DNA of 64,000 nt from Negaprion brevirostris (lineage: Eukaryota), in the NCBI GenBank assembly GCA_030324005.1, contig JARDVH010000121.1, positions 30,770,704 to 30,834,703 of the forward strand. Reading direction: 5' to 3'. The notes beneath the pieces were generated by a model. It searched no databases and was not told the DNA's origin. It was given only the letters and a program-made list of their open reading frames with translations. This document shows positions 23,471-38,105 of the stretch, one piece after another. Position numbers and translations under genes: made by a program. Position 1 is the stretch's first letter. The number at the start of each line of letters is the position of its first letter.

Positions 23471-25523
23471 GCATTCATTCACCTAATGTAATGTGTGTCA
23501 GGATGGACATTTCTAAGCTTATAATTGTGAGGTTCCAGTACTGCAGCATTTCTGCTTATGTTTATACTAAGACATGACTTTGTACTTACTCCTATAAATT
23601 ATTAATGCCATAGCTGCATCTTTGCTAGTAGTCATTATAAATTATTTTACTATGTTGTTTTTTTTAAAAAAAATCATGAATAAGTAAGTGCAGATAGACA
23701 TAATTATTATTCAGCACCTTTATATTATTTTGGTGTCAGTGGCAGCCATTCTATTTTATAAATTGGATGAATGGGTTTTGCAACATGTCTTTGTGCTCCC
23801 ACCCTCCCACATTTCTGTTTTGCCTTTTATCCATTTTCTTGGATTTTGTCCATTGAACCTTTGCAGTTTGCTTTGGATTGCTTTTCTAAATGGAAATGAA
23901 AATTGTAATTTTCCTCCACCTCTCTATTGTTTTTTGTGGAGCTTTTTATTGTTTGCAAAAAACCCTTCCTAACCAAGTAACTACTGTTTCCTTTTCCAGA
24001 TCTCCAGTTGTGAATTTTTAAGTAGCATCAGAACAATTTGCTGCACAAAATACTAACTAGGGTGCGTTGTAGTTTCACTTTTCTTGCCGCCCAAAATACA
24101 GTGATGGCCACAAGCTATATGATAGCATGTCACTTCAAATGACGTTGTGCTAAATTGCAGTGACACCTCATTATGTGACACAAATACAGTTTATTACCAA
24201 GACTAAAGCAAGATTTTAGACCAAAAGCATAGAAAGCAGCAGTAGATTCTTAGCACTTAAAGCGTTAATAGATTGCAGCCTTTCTGGAGAGGCTAACATG
24301 TCAGTTTAACCTTCTGCCTGATACGGTGAATGCTTTTTAAGTGGTGGGAACAGCAGCTTTTTGTACAGAACATGAAGTGCTGAGAAATGTTTCTTGTAAT
24401 GCATTATTNNNNNNNNNNNNNNNNNNNNNNNNNNNNNNNNNNNNNNNNNNNNNNNNNNNNNNNNNNNNNNNNNNNNNNNNNNNNNNNNNNNNNNNNNNNN
24501 NNNNNNNNAAGAATGTGTTAGGGTTGTTTGAGCAGAGACACTATAGAACAGCGTAATGCAGTTGTAAAAGATGATAAACAAGAATTCGGGCTGTATTATT
24601 TTGCCCACAGCAAAGTGAATGTGGCTCAGGGCAGTGTGGTAATTGGATAAAATGCTTCAGCTAAAATCTGCAGAGTTCATTTTCATTCCAATGCACTTGA
24701 GACAGGCATGCCACAATATTTTCTTAGTTCAACATAGGAAATAGGTTGGCAAGAAATATTCAGTGAGTACCCAACTGCTTAACCTGTGCACTGTTAAGTT
24801 GAGCAAACGAGGGACTTATGATGGTGAAATTGCCAAATGATACTTGGTATCTTTTTTTAAAGAAATGATTCTCAATGAATTGCCAGCAGGTACGAACAAT
24901 TTATTCAGTGGTTTAACAAAATACTCATCTGGATGATTTATTTAAAACGAATATTTTCTCAAGCAACATCAGCCTATATTGGGCAACGATTGTATAAATG
25001 GAATGTTTCACGTGTGACAGACGTGTTCCTGTTAGACGGTTGTTGAGTATTGAGGTTCCCAGTGAAGACTGAAATCTAACTGTCACAGCCTATGAATGGA
25101 CGTCTGATAGTGCATCCTTGTGACAGTTAAAGGGGTAACTCGTACGTTAAAATTTTCTTTGCAAATTTGTTGCTGATTTCTCTCACTTTCTTTGTAAAAG
25201 AACTTAGAAAATGGGATTAGAATCCTAAAAGTGAAAATATTGGACTCATTTAGAATTGGAATGTTTGGTAAAATATTAGCTTTCTCCTCTAATGTTTTAA
25301 CATACCCACCTGGTAACCATCGCAGCAAAGATTGATGTTATTTGCTCAGTACCAATGACCAAAGACCGATGCTGTTATAAGCTTAAACGATTCATATCAA
25401 TTCTGTCATTAAGGATTTCTGTTTTCAAAGAAAGTCTATGCGTTTTCAAATGCTCATGTTGTAATACAAGGGTATCTGGAATATCAAGGGATAGTGTTGG
25501 TCTGGGTACAGTACTGTGCATAA

Positions 25524-25732
25524 TGTGATGTAAAGAGACACATGAGTTGAGTCTAGAGAGAGTTGTGAACTGGACAGAGACCTGTGTAGAACAAGGGTCG
25601 AGTTAACTCCTAGTTTGGACTATGTCCTAAATATACATACATGGTTATGCGTGATAAAATAAACGCTTACTGCTTAATCATAAAAGATTCAGAAGCTATT
25701 TGTGAAAGACCTATTGAATGTGCAACATAATA
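25524..25732 (+). mobile_element. Solo LTR
   Basis: TGTGATGT...ACATAATA ends, aataaa, colinear homology to 55527-55728. Confidence 0.7.
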
Positions 25733-25759
25733 CTTGTAAACTTTGAAAATATCCCTGTT

Positions 25760-26200
25760 GGAGCATGTTGGCCCTGGAGGTGGAGAGGGAGTGGGGAGAC
25801 CAGCAGGATGGAAAGAGCCTGCAAAGTTGTGAATGTGAATGCCTTAATGGCAGTGCTTAATTTCAATAGCCTGTAGACTCCTAGCTTGGCAGTCAGCTGA
25901 ATTAATAGTCTGGCCTGAGCAATGTGTGAATAAGCACCAGGGACCACAGCCAGGGACTTGATTATTTGGAAGTCGAAGTGGGGAGGCCAGGGCACTAGGG
26001 TTGCGGGAGGGTAACTCGGATATTGAAACCACGATCTGAACTTGAGATGGCCAAATGTTTCCTGGTGAGGCCTTGGGGAAATGTTGCTGCTCCTCCTGGC
26101 TCACAAGGATTGCAATAACAAGCTGATCTTCAGGGTAATCAGCACTTTGTGTTTGATTCCCCACATTGGACACCCTGTCGGTCACCACGGTTTGCAATCG
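25760..26200 (-). mobile_element. Possible LINE RT relic
   Basis: DYPEDQLV (YADD-like) followed by IKSLAVV (KYLGV-like) in an adjacent frame. Confidence 0.3.
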
Positions 26201-26454
26201 AACTTAAGTTGTGACGCTCATGATGTCAACAGACAACTTTTGAATATTTTAATTGTTTGTCCGTCTGCTTTTTACGGGAGCATCATCAATTGCTTGATTT
26301 TGTATTTGTAAAGATCTGTAGTATGATATGAGGCTTAAACTCAGATGGTTGAGTCTGAAGCGTAACATTACAAGAGTACTTCTGGAACAGCTTATCGATG
26401 CTGAGCTGCATTACTGCCGAGTGTCATACTTCAGATTATTGGTTTCCATAAAAC

Positions 26455-26745
26455 GTACAAGATAAATGGTCAATCATTTGGGACTGAGAGGAGAAGAAAC
26501 TTGTTCATCTCGGAGGCTTTTGGATTTCTGGAATTTTGTACTCCAGTGGGTTGTAGATGCTCAGTCATTTGAGTATATTTAATTCTGCATTGGAGAGGTT
26601 TTTGGTCTCTGAGGGAAACGAGGGACATGAGGAATGAATGGGAAAGTCGAGTTGTGGCAGAAGATCAGCCATGATGGCACTGAATGGCAGTGTAGGCTTG
26701 AGGGGCCATATGGTCTACTCCTGCTCCTATTTCTGATGTTCCCAT
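26455..26745 (+). mobile_element. CR1 LINE 3' end
   Basis: gactgagaggagaagaaacttgttc...gatcagccatgat...gaatggcagtgtaggcttgaggggcc...ctactcctgctcctatttc. Confidence 0.8.
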
Positions 26746-27011
26746 GTCGGACTTTTCACCAGCATAGGGCACAATATCTGAGCTGTTGGAGCATTGTCTG
26801 CTGACATTTCAAAGTTCTTCTCCCCTGTAGACATGACTAAACGTGTCTCTGAGAGAATTTTGAGTTGTGTGCAAACCTAGAGGGTGTAAATCTATTTAAG
26901 GATAGCTGAAAAATTATATGGGGCCTGATGGATGCAACTTGCCTATCTGTTAGAGACACAGCATGGGTGCTTTGGTTCAGTTAGAGGGCTGGCCTGAGCT
27001 TATATCCAAAT

Positions 27012-27339
27012 TCACAGAATCACAGAATCCCTACAGTCAGAAGGAGGCCATTTGGCCAACAGAACTGCACAGACAACAATTCCACCCAGGCCCCGTCCAC
27101 ATCACCCCATCTACATATCCTGCTGGTCCCCCTGATACTAAGAGCAATTTAGCATGGCCAATCTACCTAACCTGCACATCTTTAGAGTGTGGGAGGAAAC
27201 CGGAGCACCTGGAGGAAACCCAGACAGACACGGGGAGAATGTGCAAATTCCACACAGATGGTCACCCAAGATCTGAATTGAACTTGGGTCCTTGGCACTA
27301 TGAGGCAGCAGTGCCAACCACTGTGCCACAATGTCTCCC
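27012..27339 (-). mobile_element. HE1/V-SINE
   Basis: Full tail-to-head match to the other copies. Confidence 0.88.
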
Positions 27340-28879
27340 ATTGGGGTGCAGACCGCCATGTAGATTTTTTGGTTGGGTCAGTGGGTGCCCACGGGAAAAC
27401 AAAAGATGCCCTTAGATTGGGCATCTTCCTGCAGCGCATGTAGGGCCATTCCTTTAACCATATGGAGGAATATGGGAGAGAATGGTTGCAACAATATTGC
27501 TGGGAAAAGCCATGAGAGGGTTCTGGAGTCCACTGCTGGTGGAATGATGCTGAGCAGGAATTGTGAATACAGTCTATGGAAGCTCGCAGGTTCTAATCAT
27601 ACATTCAATGTACTGCTGTCCCAGCACTACACAAGGGATCAGTTCATTCTGGGAGATACCCAAACAAAGTCAAAGAGTCACAGCACCAACTGATAAGGTC
27701 AACAGTAACATTGGACTTTATTTCATTTGTTGAGACAAAATAGCTCTTTGTTTTACTATATTTTTCACACTGTTTTATATATTGAAGTGACTATTGCATG
27801 TGGTGTATTTGGAAATGGGGGAGTGATGGCCTATGGTCAGGAGATCACATTAGAAGAGATAATTCAGTTCATGTTCACCTTATGATCGCAGTTTGCAGTC
27901 TGGGCAAAAACTATGCCACTGATGACCAATATGCTGATGGGAGTCTGCTCCTAATTGCATCATTGGAGGAGAGAGTATCATCACGTGGAAGTTGCATTTG
28001 GTTCTGATCGGGATGACCTGGCGTGAATGTGATTCTTCCGACTTTTCCGTTCACAGCTGCCCTGTTCCAGTTGATTAATCAGACATCAGCAGAAAATCAG
28101 AGGCATTGTTTCAGTGTCTCCACAGTGACAGCAGTGACTTTGTGTTATCAAACTGCATCAGAACCCTTGGGTATTGTTTCCAAATTTATATTCTTTAAAA
28201 GAATGAAGCTGAACACATTAGTCCTATTTGCACGAAGGTGTCAATTTATGCTTAATCTGCTGTGGGTTTCTAAGTTTAGTACTCATGTTTGAATGCCCAC
28301 ATTTTTGATGCATAGGCACATGCAGGAATAATAACTGATTGCTAAAATTAAGGTCCTATCCAGCAATAAGCATGACAATAGCTTACATTTTATAGTGCTT
28401 CTCACGTAGGTGAATGCCACAGAGGTACATTGAAGCTAATGGCATGAAAGTCTCTCTTTCCTACCAGTTGTAGGAGTCCTAATGAAACGGGTTTGATTAG
28501 CCTCCACCCAGTTTCAGGTGGCTTTTTTTGTGCCACATTTGGATTTAACCTACAGTGTCCTGGGAAGAAAATAAAGATGTTGCACTAATCGAAGGTTCTC
28601 TAGTGAGGTAGGAGTGAATGTATATTGTTGGGTAGAATAAATAGTGTGGTGATGGTGGTGGGGAAATTATGCTGCATCTGATCTCAGAGTGGTCAATGCT
28701 CATGCTTTTAGAAAACAAATTTGCAAAGTTGGCCGTTCCCAAGTATCGCCGTTCCGTGGTATCACCATCCCCTGATTTGCCATTCTGTAGTATTGCCTTT
28801 CCCACTATCATTGTTTCCCGGCACGGCCGTCCCCCAGCTTCACCTTTTGTTGATGCTACCTTTCCCCGAAGTCACTATT

Positions 28880-30345
28880 CCCAGATCAGCTTGCAAGATG
28901 TAACTCATGGGGTGCCACAGAGTTCAGTCTTTGGGTCCCAACTATTTACAATCCATTTTAATGATAGTAGGTACCATAGCCAAATTTGCAGATAACTCTA
29001 AAATAGGTGGGATAGTAAATTGCAATAATGAAATAAGGAATTTGTAAATGGATATGGATACGGTTAAGTGGATGAGGAAAAATTTGGCAGATGGAGTTTA
29101 AATGGATATGTGTGAGGTTATCCATTTTGGTAGGAAAAATACAAAGCAAATTAATATCTAAATGGAGAGAAACTTCAGAGCGCTTCAATGCAGTGATCTG
29201 GGTGTCCCCGTGCATGGATCACAGAAAACTAGCATGCAGGTACAGCAGGTAATAAGGAAGGCAAATGAAATCTTGGTATACATTGCCAAAGGAATAGAAT
29301 ATAAAAGTAATGAAATNNNNNNNNNNNNNNNNNNNNNNNNNNNNNNNNNNNNNNNNNNNNNNNNNNNNNNNNNNNNNNNNNNNNNNNNNNNNNNNNNNNN
29401 NNNNNNNNNNNNNNNNAATATAAAAGTAATGAAATGTTGCTGCAACTGTACAAAGCATTACCGAGACTGCAATGAGAATATCGTGTGCAGTTTTGGTCTC
29501 CTTACTTGAGGTGGGGTGTAGTTGCATTGGAGGCAGTTCAGAGGAGGTTCACGAGATTGATTCGACAGATAAGAAGTTGTCTTGTAAAGAGAGATTGAGC
29601 AGTTTAGGCCTATACTGCCTGGAATTTAGAAAAATAAGAAGAGATCTAATTGAAGTGTAGAAGGTGATAAAAGGTATTGACAGAGTAGTTGTGACGAGGA
29701 TGTTTCCTCATGTGGGGCAATCATATAATCCTACAGTACAGAAGGAGGCCATTCGGCCCATTGCATCTGCACCAACCACAATCTTACCCAGGCCCCATAC
29801 CACTTACCCTAGCTAGTCTCCCTGACACTAAGGGGCAATTTAGCATAGCCAATCCACCTAACCTGCACATCCTTAGACTATAGGAGGAAATTGGACTATC
29901 CAGAGGAAACCCACGCAGACACGGCAAAAATGTGCAAACTCCACGCAGACAGTGACCCAAGCCGGGAATCGAATTCAGGTTCCTGCACAATGAGGCAGCA
30001 ACGCTAATCACTATTGTCATCGTCTGCCTCAAGAACTCGAACTAGAATCAAGAACGAGAGGTCATAGTTTTAGGATCTGGAGTGTCAGGTTTAAGACAGA
30101 GATGAGGAGAAACTACTTCTCTCAAAGGACTCTGTGGAATTCACTGCCCTAGAGTGTGGTAGATGCTGGAACTTTGAGTAAATTTAAGAAGGAGCTGGAC
30201 AGATTTTTAGTCAGTAAGGGTTTGAAGGGCTGTGGTGAATGGGCAAGAAAGTGGAGTTAAGGCCACTTAAGTGAGATAAACCATGACTGAAAAAATGTTA
30301 GAGCAGGCTCGAGGGGCTGAATTGCATACTCCTGCACCTAATTCC
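28880..30345 (+). mobile_element. CR1 (HER1-like) LINE, 5'-truncated RT plus 3' UTR
   Basis: GVPQSSV and AKFADNSKIGG (FADD-type) motifs, DLGVPVHGSQKTSMQVQQVIRKAN, and CR1 3' UTR. Confidence 0.9.
29719..30029 (-). mobile_element. HE1/V-SINE inserted in CR1
   Basis: CR1 breaks at gtggggcaatc and resumes aatcaagaacgagaggtcatag. Confidence 0.88.
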
Positions 30346-31284
30346 AAGGTACCATCATTCTCTGGCATCGCTCACTGTCATCGTTGTTTCTTAGTATCAT
30401 CATTCCATTCAACACAGATCACACCCAGAAAGTTAACAGTTAACCAGCTAAGCAACAGACATCAAAACATGTCTTTGAAATGTCAAAAAATGAGACAATA
30501 ACCCACTGTTGCATTTTGAAAGGTGACCTGATGGGTTCAGAAAAAGCATCATGGGACACCAAAATGGGTTATTAACCATGTTCATGTACCCTGTAATAGA
30601 GTGAGGAAATTTCTGACAAATGTATTATGCATTTGTAATTGTCTTAACATAATTTAAAGGACATTATTTATTTTGGCTACTACTTTATTAAGAAGCACAT
30701 AAGCAGGTCCCAAACCCCTGGTGCCAGGAGTGAAGCATATGCAGGATGTCATGTTGTAAAATTGGAACCAGACAGTGGAATTACAAGGGATGGGATTTGA
30801 TGGCTAGTGGCAGGGAAGGGATTGTCACACTGTTTCACTTTTATTTATGAGACTTTAAAGGAGCAGCGAGCCAATTTAACTGCCAGTACCATGTCCTTAT
30901 GATACATCAGTACGTACACATGGCCTCTGGCGTCAGCAAAGATCCAGGCCCATGTAGGTGCTTTAGAATATGTTTGAATGTTATGAAATGCTTTCTCTAG
31001 CCCCACAAGGACACCTTTGGCATCTACATGAATTCAGTTTCTGCCTCATGGAGTTGCTGACGCGACCCCAATGCTCCAATCTGTACTTCCCTTGCAGCAA
31101 ATTGTTTTGGTGGGTTCCTGGTGGCAGTCTGGCTCTCAACCAACTTTGAGCCCACCCACCAGAGGTGATGTCATTCCTGCTGACTTCAGGCAGACTCAGA
31201 ATATGAACAAGTAAGGCCTGAGATTTAATGGCACTTAATGATTCAAGACAGCACCCACTGCTGCCCCATCTCTTGATTCCTAAT

Positions 31285-32105
31285 TTAGGTTGTGATGAGG
31301 ATATTGCAATTCTGCAACAGCATATAGATAGTTTGGGATATTGGGTGAAAACCTGGCAAATGGAATTTAAATGCGACCTCATGTACTTTGGCAGGAGGAA
31401 TCAAAATGCTGATTATTATCCAAATGGAGAGAGACTGCAGATGAGTGAAGTACAGAGGGATCTAGGTATTCTAATGTATTAACCACAAATAGCTCGCAGA
31501 CAGGTCCAACAAGTAGTTAAGAAGGCAAACAGCACTTTGACCTTTATTATAAAGGGGTTGTAGTTTCAAAATAGGGATACTTTGTTGCACAGGGTGTTGG
31601 TGAGACCTCACTTGGAATACTCTGTGAAGTTTTGGTACCCTTAAAAAAGGTTTTAGTAACATTGGAGGCAGCCAAAGGAGATTCACCAGGCTCATTCCTG
31701 GGATGAGAGGGTCCTGTCAAGAAAGACTAAATAGTCTGAGTGTGTAGTCATTGGCATTTAGAAGATGCAAGATCCTGAGGGGGCTTGACAGGGTAGATGA
31801 TGAGTTTCTAACAGGGTTACCTAGCTACAAGATAAAGGGCCAAACATTTAAAACTGAGGTGTGCAGAAATTTCTTCTCACTGACGGTGGTGCGTTTCTGG
31901 AATTCTCTACCCCAAAGAGTGGTGGAGGCTGGGTCATTCGGAGTATTTAAAGTGGAGGTGGATAAATATTTGATAGATCGAGGAATAGAGGGTTGGGGGG
32001 AACGGCACAGAAAAGGAGTAGATCTGCCTTGATCGTGATGAATAGCAAGGCAGGCTTTGAAAGGCCTGATGGTCTACTCCTGTTTCTATCTCTTGTATTC
32101 TTGTG
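31285..32105 (+). mobile_element. CR1 LINE, 5'-truncated
   Basis: LQQHIDSLGYWVKTWQMEFK...QRDLG, VRPHLEY and RNFFSLTVVRFWNSLP motifs, then 3' UTR. Confidence 0.9.
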
Positions 32106-32267
32106 CGTGTTAAAATTGTCCTTTAAACTTGTAGTTTACCAATGGATTGTATGAGGGAGGAAAATCTGGAGGAGCTAATGGGTTATTTGGGACATTGAGG
32201 TGAATGAAATGTTTATATTTATTTAATAGTATGAAATGAAAGTGTTCTGCACCCAGCAGCGTAAATA

Positions 32268-32416
32268 GGGCTGAATTTTGCACCCCCCTCTCCCCCGGCA
32301 TGTTTGAAAAAGGCCTTGAAAAGTACAGTATGTGCCCCCCGCCCTCCCGGCAGCTTTTACAGGACGAGCTGGTTTTAGGGAGGCAGGAGGCGTGATGGAG
32401 GTGGAAGTTTCACCTT
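32268..32416. mobile_element. Short Harbinger-type MITE
   Basis: gggctgaattttgcac ... gtggaagtttcacct imperfect TIRs. Confidence 0.5.
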
Positions 32417-34621
32417 TAGCCAATTACTGTCTTGGCACAGCCTCTTTGGGTGGCAGGGCAGGAGATGCCACCATCTGAACAATTGTGCCACAGTGCGTCA
32501 GCAGCAAATTGTTCACAGTTGAATCTTCTTTCCACTTAAAGTTACCAGAAAGGTACTTCAAACTCTTTTGAGAGTCTTGCTTCCCGGTCTCACTGTTGTG
32601 CTTATTTGGTCAGAAATTTTAAAACTTGGCAATATTTCACCAGTGGAAATATAAAAGGTAGCACGATGAAAAATTGGCTGCTGATTTGCTGCAAGCAAGT
32701 GTTGTGCTGCCTGCATAGATCAGTTTCACCCCTTAGATGTTTGAATTTGCATTTTTGACAAACACGGAATCTAAAACAGTGTGTGTGAAAGCACAAAGTG
32801 CCTTCTAATCAGTAATCCTTCAAGAAGGATGTACTGTAAAAGGGTACTCACCTTCTATGGTCTCTATAATTGTTGTATCACTAAGACAACCAGTGCAGTG
32901 ATGTGCTCACTAATAGTATACAGGCTCCTTGATCATATATTGTAATTTCATAGGTGTGGAAGAGTCTGAATATCATGGTCCCCTGATTCACAGCTTCGGA
33001 GAAAGGTTGCAATCCCTGTTTGCTGGGTTCCCTCAGCAGCAGCACTGTGTCTGTCTTACTCTCTGGATCTTCTGTAATTTTCACTAAACTGTACATAAAA
33101 AGCAGCGCTGACATATTTTATTTGTCACACAGGAAAAAAAAATCTCCCCAATGTGGTGCTCCAGACATCATCTCGTGTTGTACATTTTACGCTAATAATG
33201 TGTTATAGCTGCCAGAGTTGTGAAAGCAATGGGTAGTAATTTTACTGTTAAGTTTCGAGCAGTTTGATACCGACAATCAGACCAACACAAATCGTTTGCC
33301 TTGCCTCCGTGGTGAGTATCTCTGGAATTTACATTACCCTTTTAGGTCTTGCATGATTGATGATGCAGGACCCACTACTGCTGACCCAGTGCTGAGCAGC
33401 TGCGAAATGCCAGGATGTAGACAAACTTAATAACATGGGAGGGGGGCTACTTCCTGCTGAGGGGAATGCGAGCCCTTACCAGATAGAAAAATAAGCCTGA
33501 ACCTCTGCCCAGGCTATTTAACACTAGGTGGTATGACCCATGTGCTTAAATATCTAACTCACCAACAGTAGGAATCAAACACTTTGACTTATGTCATGGC
33601 TCTTGCCTGCATTAAAGATTAATAGAAACAGCTCGATGCAGAATTTGATTTTTTTTTAAATAACTGAAGAAATAAAATCTTGTCTTTTACACTGGGCAGC
33701 CAATCAACATTGCAGCTCTCGTAATTGAGGCCGTTGGAAGTCTATTGTTGGCTTGGCTTTCATAACATGCCCAGAAGCCTTTCAGTACTGGAGACACTCC
33801 ACAGGAATTTGTGTATATCCTGCTGCCAGCATAGTAAGGTTACTTCTACGATGAAGCTAGCCCTTCAGGTTACAAAGAGATATTTTCAGTAAGACCCAAT
33901 TGTTTGCATAATTCATGCAGCATAATTAACGACCCGTCAGACGTAAGAGAAGAGAATGTGAAATCTGTTTGTGATACGGGATCGATACGTGGTGTGCAAG
34001 AATGAAAATGTCTACCTGCTGAGGGGTCATCAAGTGTCTAACAGTTTTTCCAAGGTGTCCCTGGAAAGTGAATGATTTTACCTTATTTACTGATTGGCTT
34101 GAAGCTATTTGACAGAATAGTCAGAGAGTGATAAATCCAACAGACATTGAGCCTCTACTGAGTGTTTTAGTGTTTGAAGGAATTTCAATGAAATGACTCC
34201 TGCTTGCATAAGAACAGTAATAACAGGCAACGTTAAGCAATCTGGTATTTAGGAAGTTTAACTTGGAGACTGGGATTTGAACATTTTAATTAAGAGCAGG
34301 AGTAGGCCACTTAGCTCCACAAACCTGCTCCATCATTCAATAAAATCATGGCCGCTTGATTGTAACCGGTGGGCACCACCAGGCTGTCTGGTAGGAACTC
34401 CCAATGGGCACTGCCTGGCCTTGCCCCTGATCACCCAGGGTACTTCAATGGCCTGCAAGTCCCACCCCCCTCAGCTTGACCATTGTGTCAGATCTGTGCT
34501 AGTGAAGACCTGCAGTGACTCTCGCTGTTATGGCGTCGGACCCAAAGGCTGGAAGTTCTGTGGGGCTATGCATATTTAAATGCTACTTTACTACTTCAAA
34601 TGCTACCTTTAAATGCTACAT

Positions 34622-34941
34622 GGATGGCACGATGGCACAGTGGTTAGCGCTGCTGCCTCATAGCGCCAGGGACTCGGGTTCAATTCTGGTCTGGGGTCAC
34701 TGTCTGTGTGGAGTTTGCACATTCTCCTCATGTCAGCATGGGTTTCCTCCGGGTGCTCTGGTTTCCTCCCNNNNNNNNNNNNNNNNNNNNNNNNNNNNNN
34801 NNNNNNNNNNNNNNNNNNNNNNNNNNNNNNNNNNNNNNNNNNNNNNNNNNNNNNNNNNNNNNNNNNTAGGGTCTGTGTGGGATTGTGATTGGTGCAGACT
34901 CAATGGGCTGAATGGCCTCTTCCTGCACTGTAGGGAGTCTA
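34622..34941 (+). mobile_element. HE1/V-SINE (gapped), within a MITE-like relic ~34365-35060
   Basis: tggcacagtggttagcgctgctgcctca head; TIR ggtaaaattgtccc at 35047-35060. Confidence 0.85.
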
Positions 34942-35636
34942 AGTATGATAATAGCCTCTGTGTCACTGAAGAGGGACCAGGAACGTAGCAAACTATTGCA
35001 TGCAAGTTTCCTGGATTGTTGCACTGCTCGCTGAGCGCGATGAGGTGGTAAAATTGTCCCTGTGGTTTCTCCGATGTCCAAAGGATAACTTCTCCACTTC
35101 TGTATTTTATTTCCCACGCAATAAACACAAACAATATATTAGCTTTCCTTGCCAAATTTAACAGTTGGGATCCCTCATAGGTATTGTGTTGTTGGTCAAA
35201 GATTAGAGAAAACTGACTGTGTGAGGGTTACGTCACCTCTTCAACACCTTGAGCACGCTTTTCTAGCTGTTGAGTAATGAACATCATTAATTGTATCCAC
35301 GGAGATTGTGGACTGCACTATTCACCCTCACTAACTGAAGTGAAAAATGTGCATACGTGCATATAAGTGGGGTAGGAAGTAGACAAGAAGTGAGAGCAAA
35401 AATATAATTTTCTGAATATATGCTAGGTTATGCATTTGATTTTAATGAGTAATAATTCACAGTGCACAACACTGCCCAGTGCAAATCTATTGAAATTGGT
35501 TTTGTTCTTTTCTCTGCTTCCCCATCCAGATAACTACCTACCTAATGCACTAGTTTCAACCATTCTGCTGGTTTCCAGTTTTTCTAATTGCATTCACTAA
35601 ATGTTTTGGCAATACTGTATTAGTAGCAGCAGGTAA

Positions 35637-35708
35637 TACTTGGAGCAAAAAATAGGCAAAGAATAAACCAGTATTTGGAGCAAAAAATAGGCAAAGAATA
35701 GACCAGTA
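35637..35708. repeat. 35-bp tandem duplication
   Basis: ttggagcaaaaaataggcaaagaata(a/g)accagta twice, period 35. Confidence 0.9.
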
Positions 35709-36454
35709 AATATTCCAACCAACCTTGATTTTGCTGCTAACTTTTAAAATAACTTTGAAGGTAAAATGAGAGTAAGGATTGGATTGTTTTGTGACAAAAC
35801 AGAAAAACTGAAGGTAATTAAAGTATTAATTTGGAAAGTGATTAAATTGTTAACTCTGACTCAGAATGCCATTTTGAAGTTTTAATAATTCAGGATTATT
35901 GTTTAATATGGATTTGATAAGCTTATTAAATCACCTTTCCTTTAATGATGCAGCAGCAAGGAATAGTAGTCAAAAGGTAAATCTTTCCTGACTAAATGAA
36001 AAGAAAATGAGGAAGCCTAATGGCTTGTGTTTGGCAGCTTAAGCTCCTGTTTTTACTGTCACCTTCATTTTATTCATGGTTGTCACTGTTGGGTCATGCA
36101 TTATTAATAATAATTTTAGGAACATTTAGCATAGATGCCAGCACAGTGCCATGCTAGCTTTCAACCCTAACCTACAGCATATTGTTGTGCTGGTTGAAAA
36201 ATGTTCTTAAAACGATTACACCAGAGAACCACAGCTGGCCCAAATGTCCATGAAATCTGCTGTGCTTGATTTTTTTCCACTTACCGCATCTGCAGCGACA
36301 GGTTTTATTTAACCCTTCTTCAGATTTAAATACAATCCATTCTCAATTTGGAGAAATATTTACGTGAGATAAATTTGTAAAAATTATTTTAAAAGATAAA
36401 CACGAAGACCAAACACACATAAAAAAAGGGCCCCTAGAATTGCGCAGTAAATCA

Positions 36455-36655
36455 GTTAGTGCCTAATGTTTTGGGTGTGTAAGCCTTCATCAGAACGGTT
36501 GTGTTCTGAGGCTTTCACAATGGGGATACATGTCTGCGCTGATTCTGTAGGTCTGAGCTTCCAGCCCTGCTGAAGGGTCAGAGCTGAAATATGAACCTAT
36601 CTTTCAGCAGCGGATGCTGATTGTGTTGCTGTTGCTGCGTTTTTTTTATATTATA
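36455..36655. mobile_element. Old inverted pair of Penelope-associated repeats with hammerhead-like cores
   Basis: Minus strand gttCTGATGAaggcttacacacccaaaacatt; plus strand cCTGCTGAagggtcagagctGAAAtatg...gcggatgctgat. Confidence 0.45.
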
Positions 36656-37785
36656 TTATTTGCTTGTTTCGCATATTCTGAATCTGGTTTTGCGATGTAT
36701 TCGGAATAGCAGAGCAATTTTCTAATGCAGTAGGTTCTGGAAAATAGGGTTTGATGGCAGCCTTTTGTGATTAGAAATTCTACCATTTTCGAATAGCGTG
36801 CATATAAATAAGTAAAATGAGATAAATAAAAAACCCTGTGCTGCCATTTTGGAGGAAGGTGTCCCAGATTAATTCTCCTTTTTTTCTCTCTTCAAACTGA
36901 TTCTACTGTTTAAAGTGACAGTAACAACTGCAAATCTCCTGTGGCCTGAATTTGGCTGTTTTAGGTTATTCCACAATGCACAGATTTGGCTCAAATTTTT
37001 ATGCATTTTGTACTTGGAGGTGCCTGCTAGCTTTTTGCAAGCAATGCAGCTATCGTAAATAAACAGTGAAATATTGTTCCTGCATAAATGGCCGCCTTAT
37101 GTCCTGCCACAGGCTGGCTGGCAAATGAGCAGCTGCTAGATGTTTTGGGATAGGAGCGGAGCTTCAGATGCTCACTGAAAAATATTGGCCTGTGACGTCC
37201 TGCTGAATGTACTGGTTCCTACCAATGTCAAGGTCATTGTGGGTCTTTATTCTCTGGCAAGCTCATGTTGAGTTTATGCATTGTCTGCCAATCTCATGTT
37301 TAGTATGTGTGAGTCTCTTAGTGGGAATGCTTGCTTCACTCTGGCAACCTGTGACAAGTGCATGTCTTACTGGATACGTATCTTGGGACTGAAAAATGTA
37401 CAGCAACTTTGGGCAGTATTTTACGACTGGGGGCCGGGAAATGGACATTGGGACATTGTTGGACTCCTGTAGTGGAGGGGGAGGGGCACTGACCCCTATT
37501 TTGAGAGACGTGTCAGTTTAATTGGTTTGAAGACTGGCAAAAGCAGAGGCAGGACTGTGCAAGTGACTTCAGCAGATCATGGCTGTCTATAGATGCCATT
37601 TTATTGCATTACCTGCTGTTAGAAAAATTTCTGCTGAGAGGCAGAGGCCTGGAACATGGGACAAGGAAGCCACTTGCCACAAGGAAGCTGTGAGTTGCCC
37701 TCTTCCTGGAGAGTGAAAGGGGAGGCCACCCTCCAGGACCAAGAAGGCCTGAATGGAGATAGCTGACACTGTCAGCAGATGTTAC

Positions 37786-38105
37786 TAGAATCATAGAGTC
37801 CCTACAGTACAGAAGGAGGCCATTCAGCCCATCAAGGCTGCACCGACCACAATTTCACCAAGATCCTTTTCCATAACTCTCATATTTATTCTGCTAATCC
37901 CCCAATACTAGGATTAATGTGGCCAATCAACCTAACTGGCACATCACTGGAGTGTGAGAGGAAACTGGAGCATGCGGAAGAAACCCACGCAGACACTGGG
38001 AGAATATGCAAACTCCACACAGATCGTGACCCAAGGCTGGAATTGAACCCGGGTCCCTGATGCTGTGAGGCAGCAGTGCCAGCCACTGTGCCACCATGCT
38101 GCCCC
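37786..38105 (-). mobile_element. HE1/V-SINE
   Basis: Full-length match to the other copies. Confidence 0.9.

Noticed and set aside
29298-29435. 19-bp direct repeat aatataaaagtaatgaaat flanking a gap, resembling a TSD
   Set aside because: The gap is exactly 100 N, a placeholder size seen several times here; most likely contig-end overlap
33263-33311. Exon candidate ending GTG|gtgagt
   Set aside because: Poor polypyrimidine tract, 49 nt, no recognisable peptide
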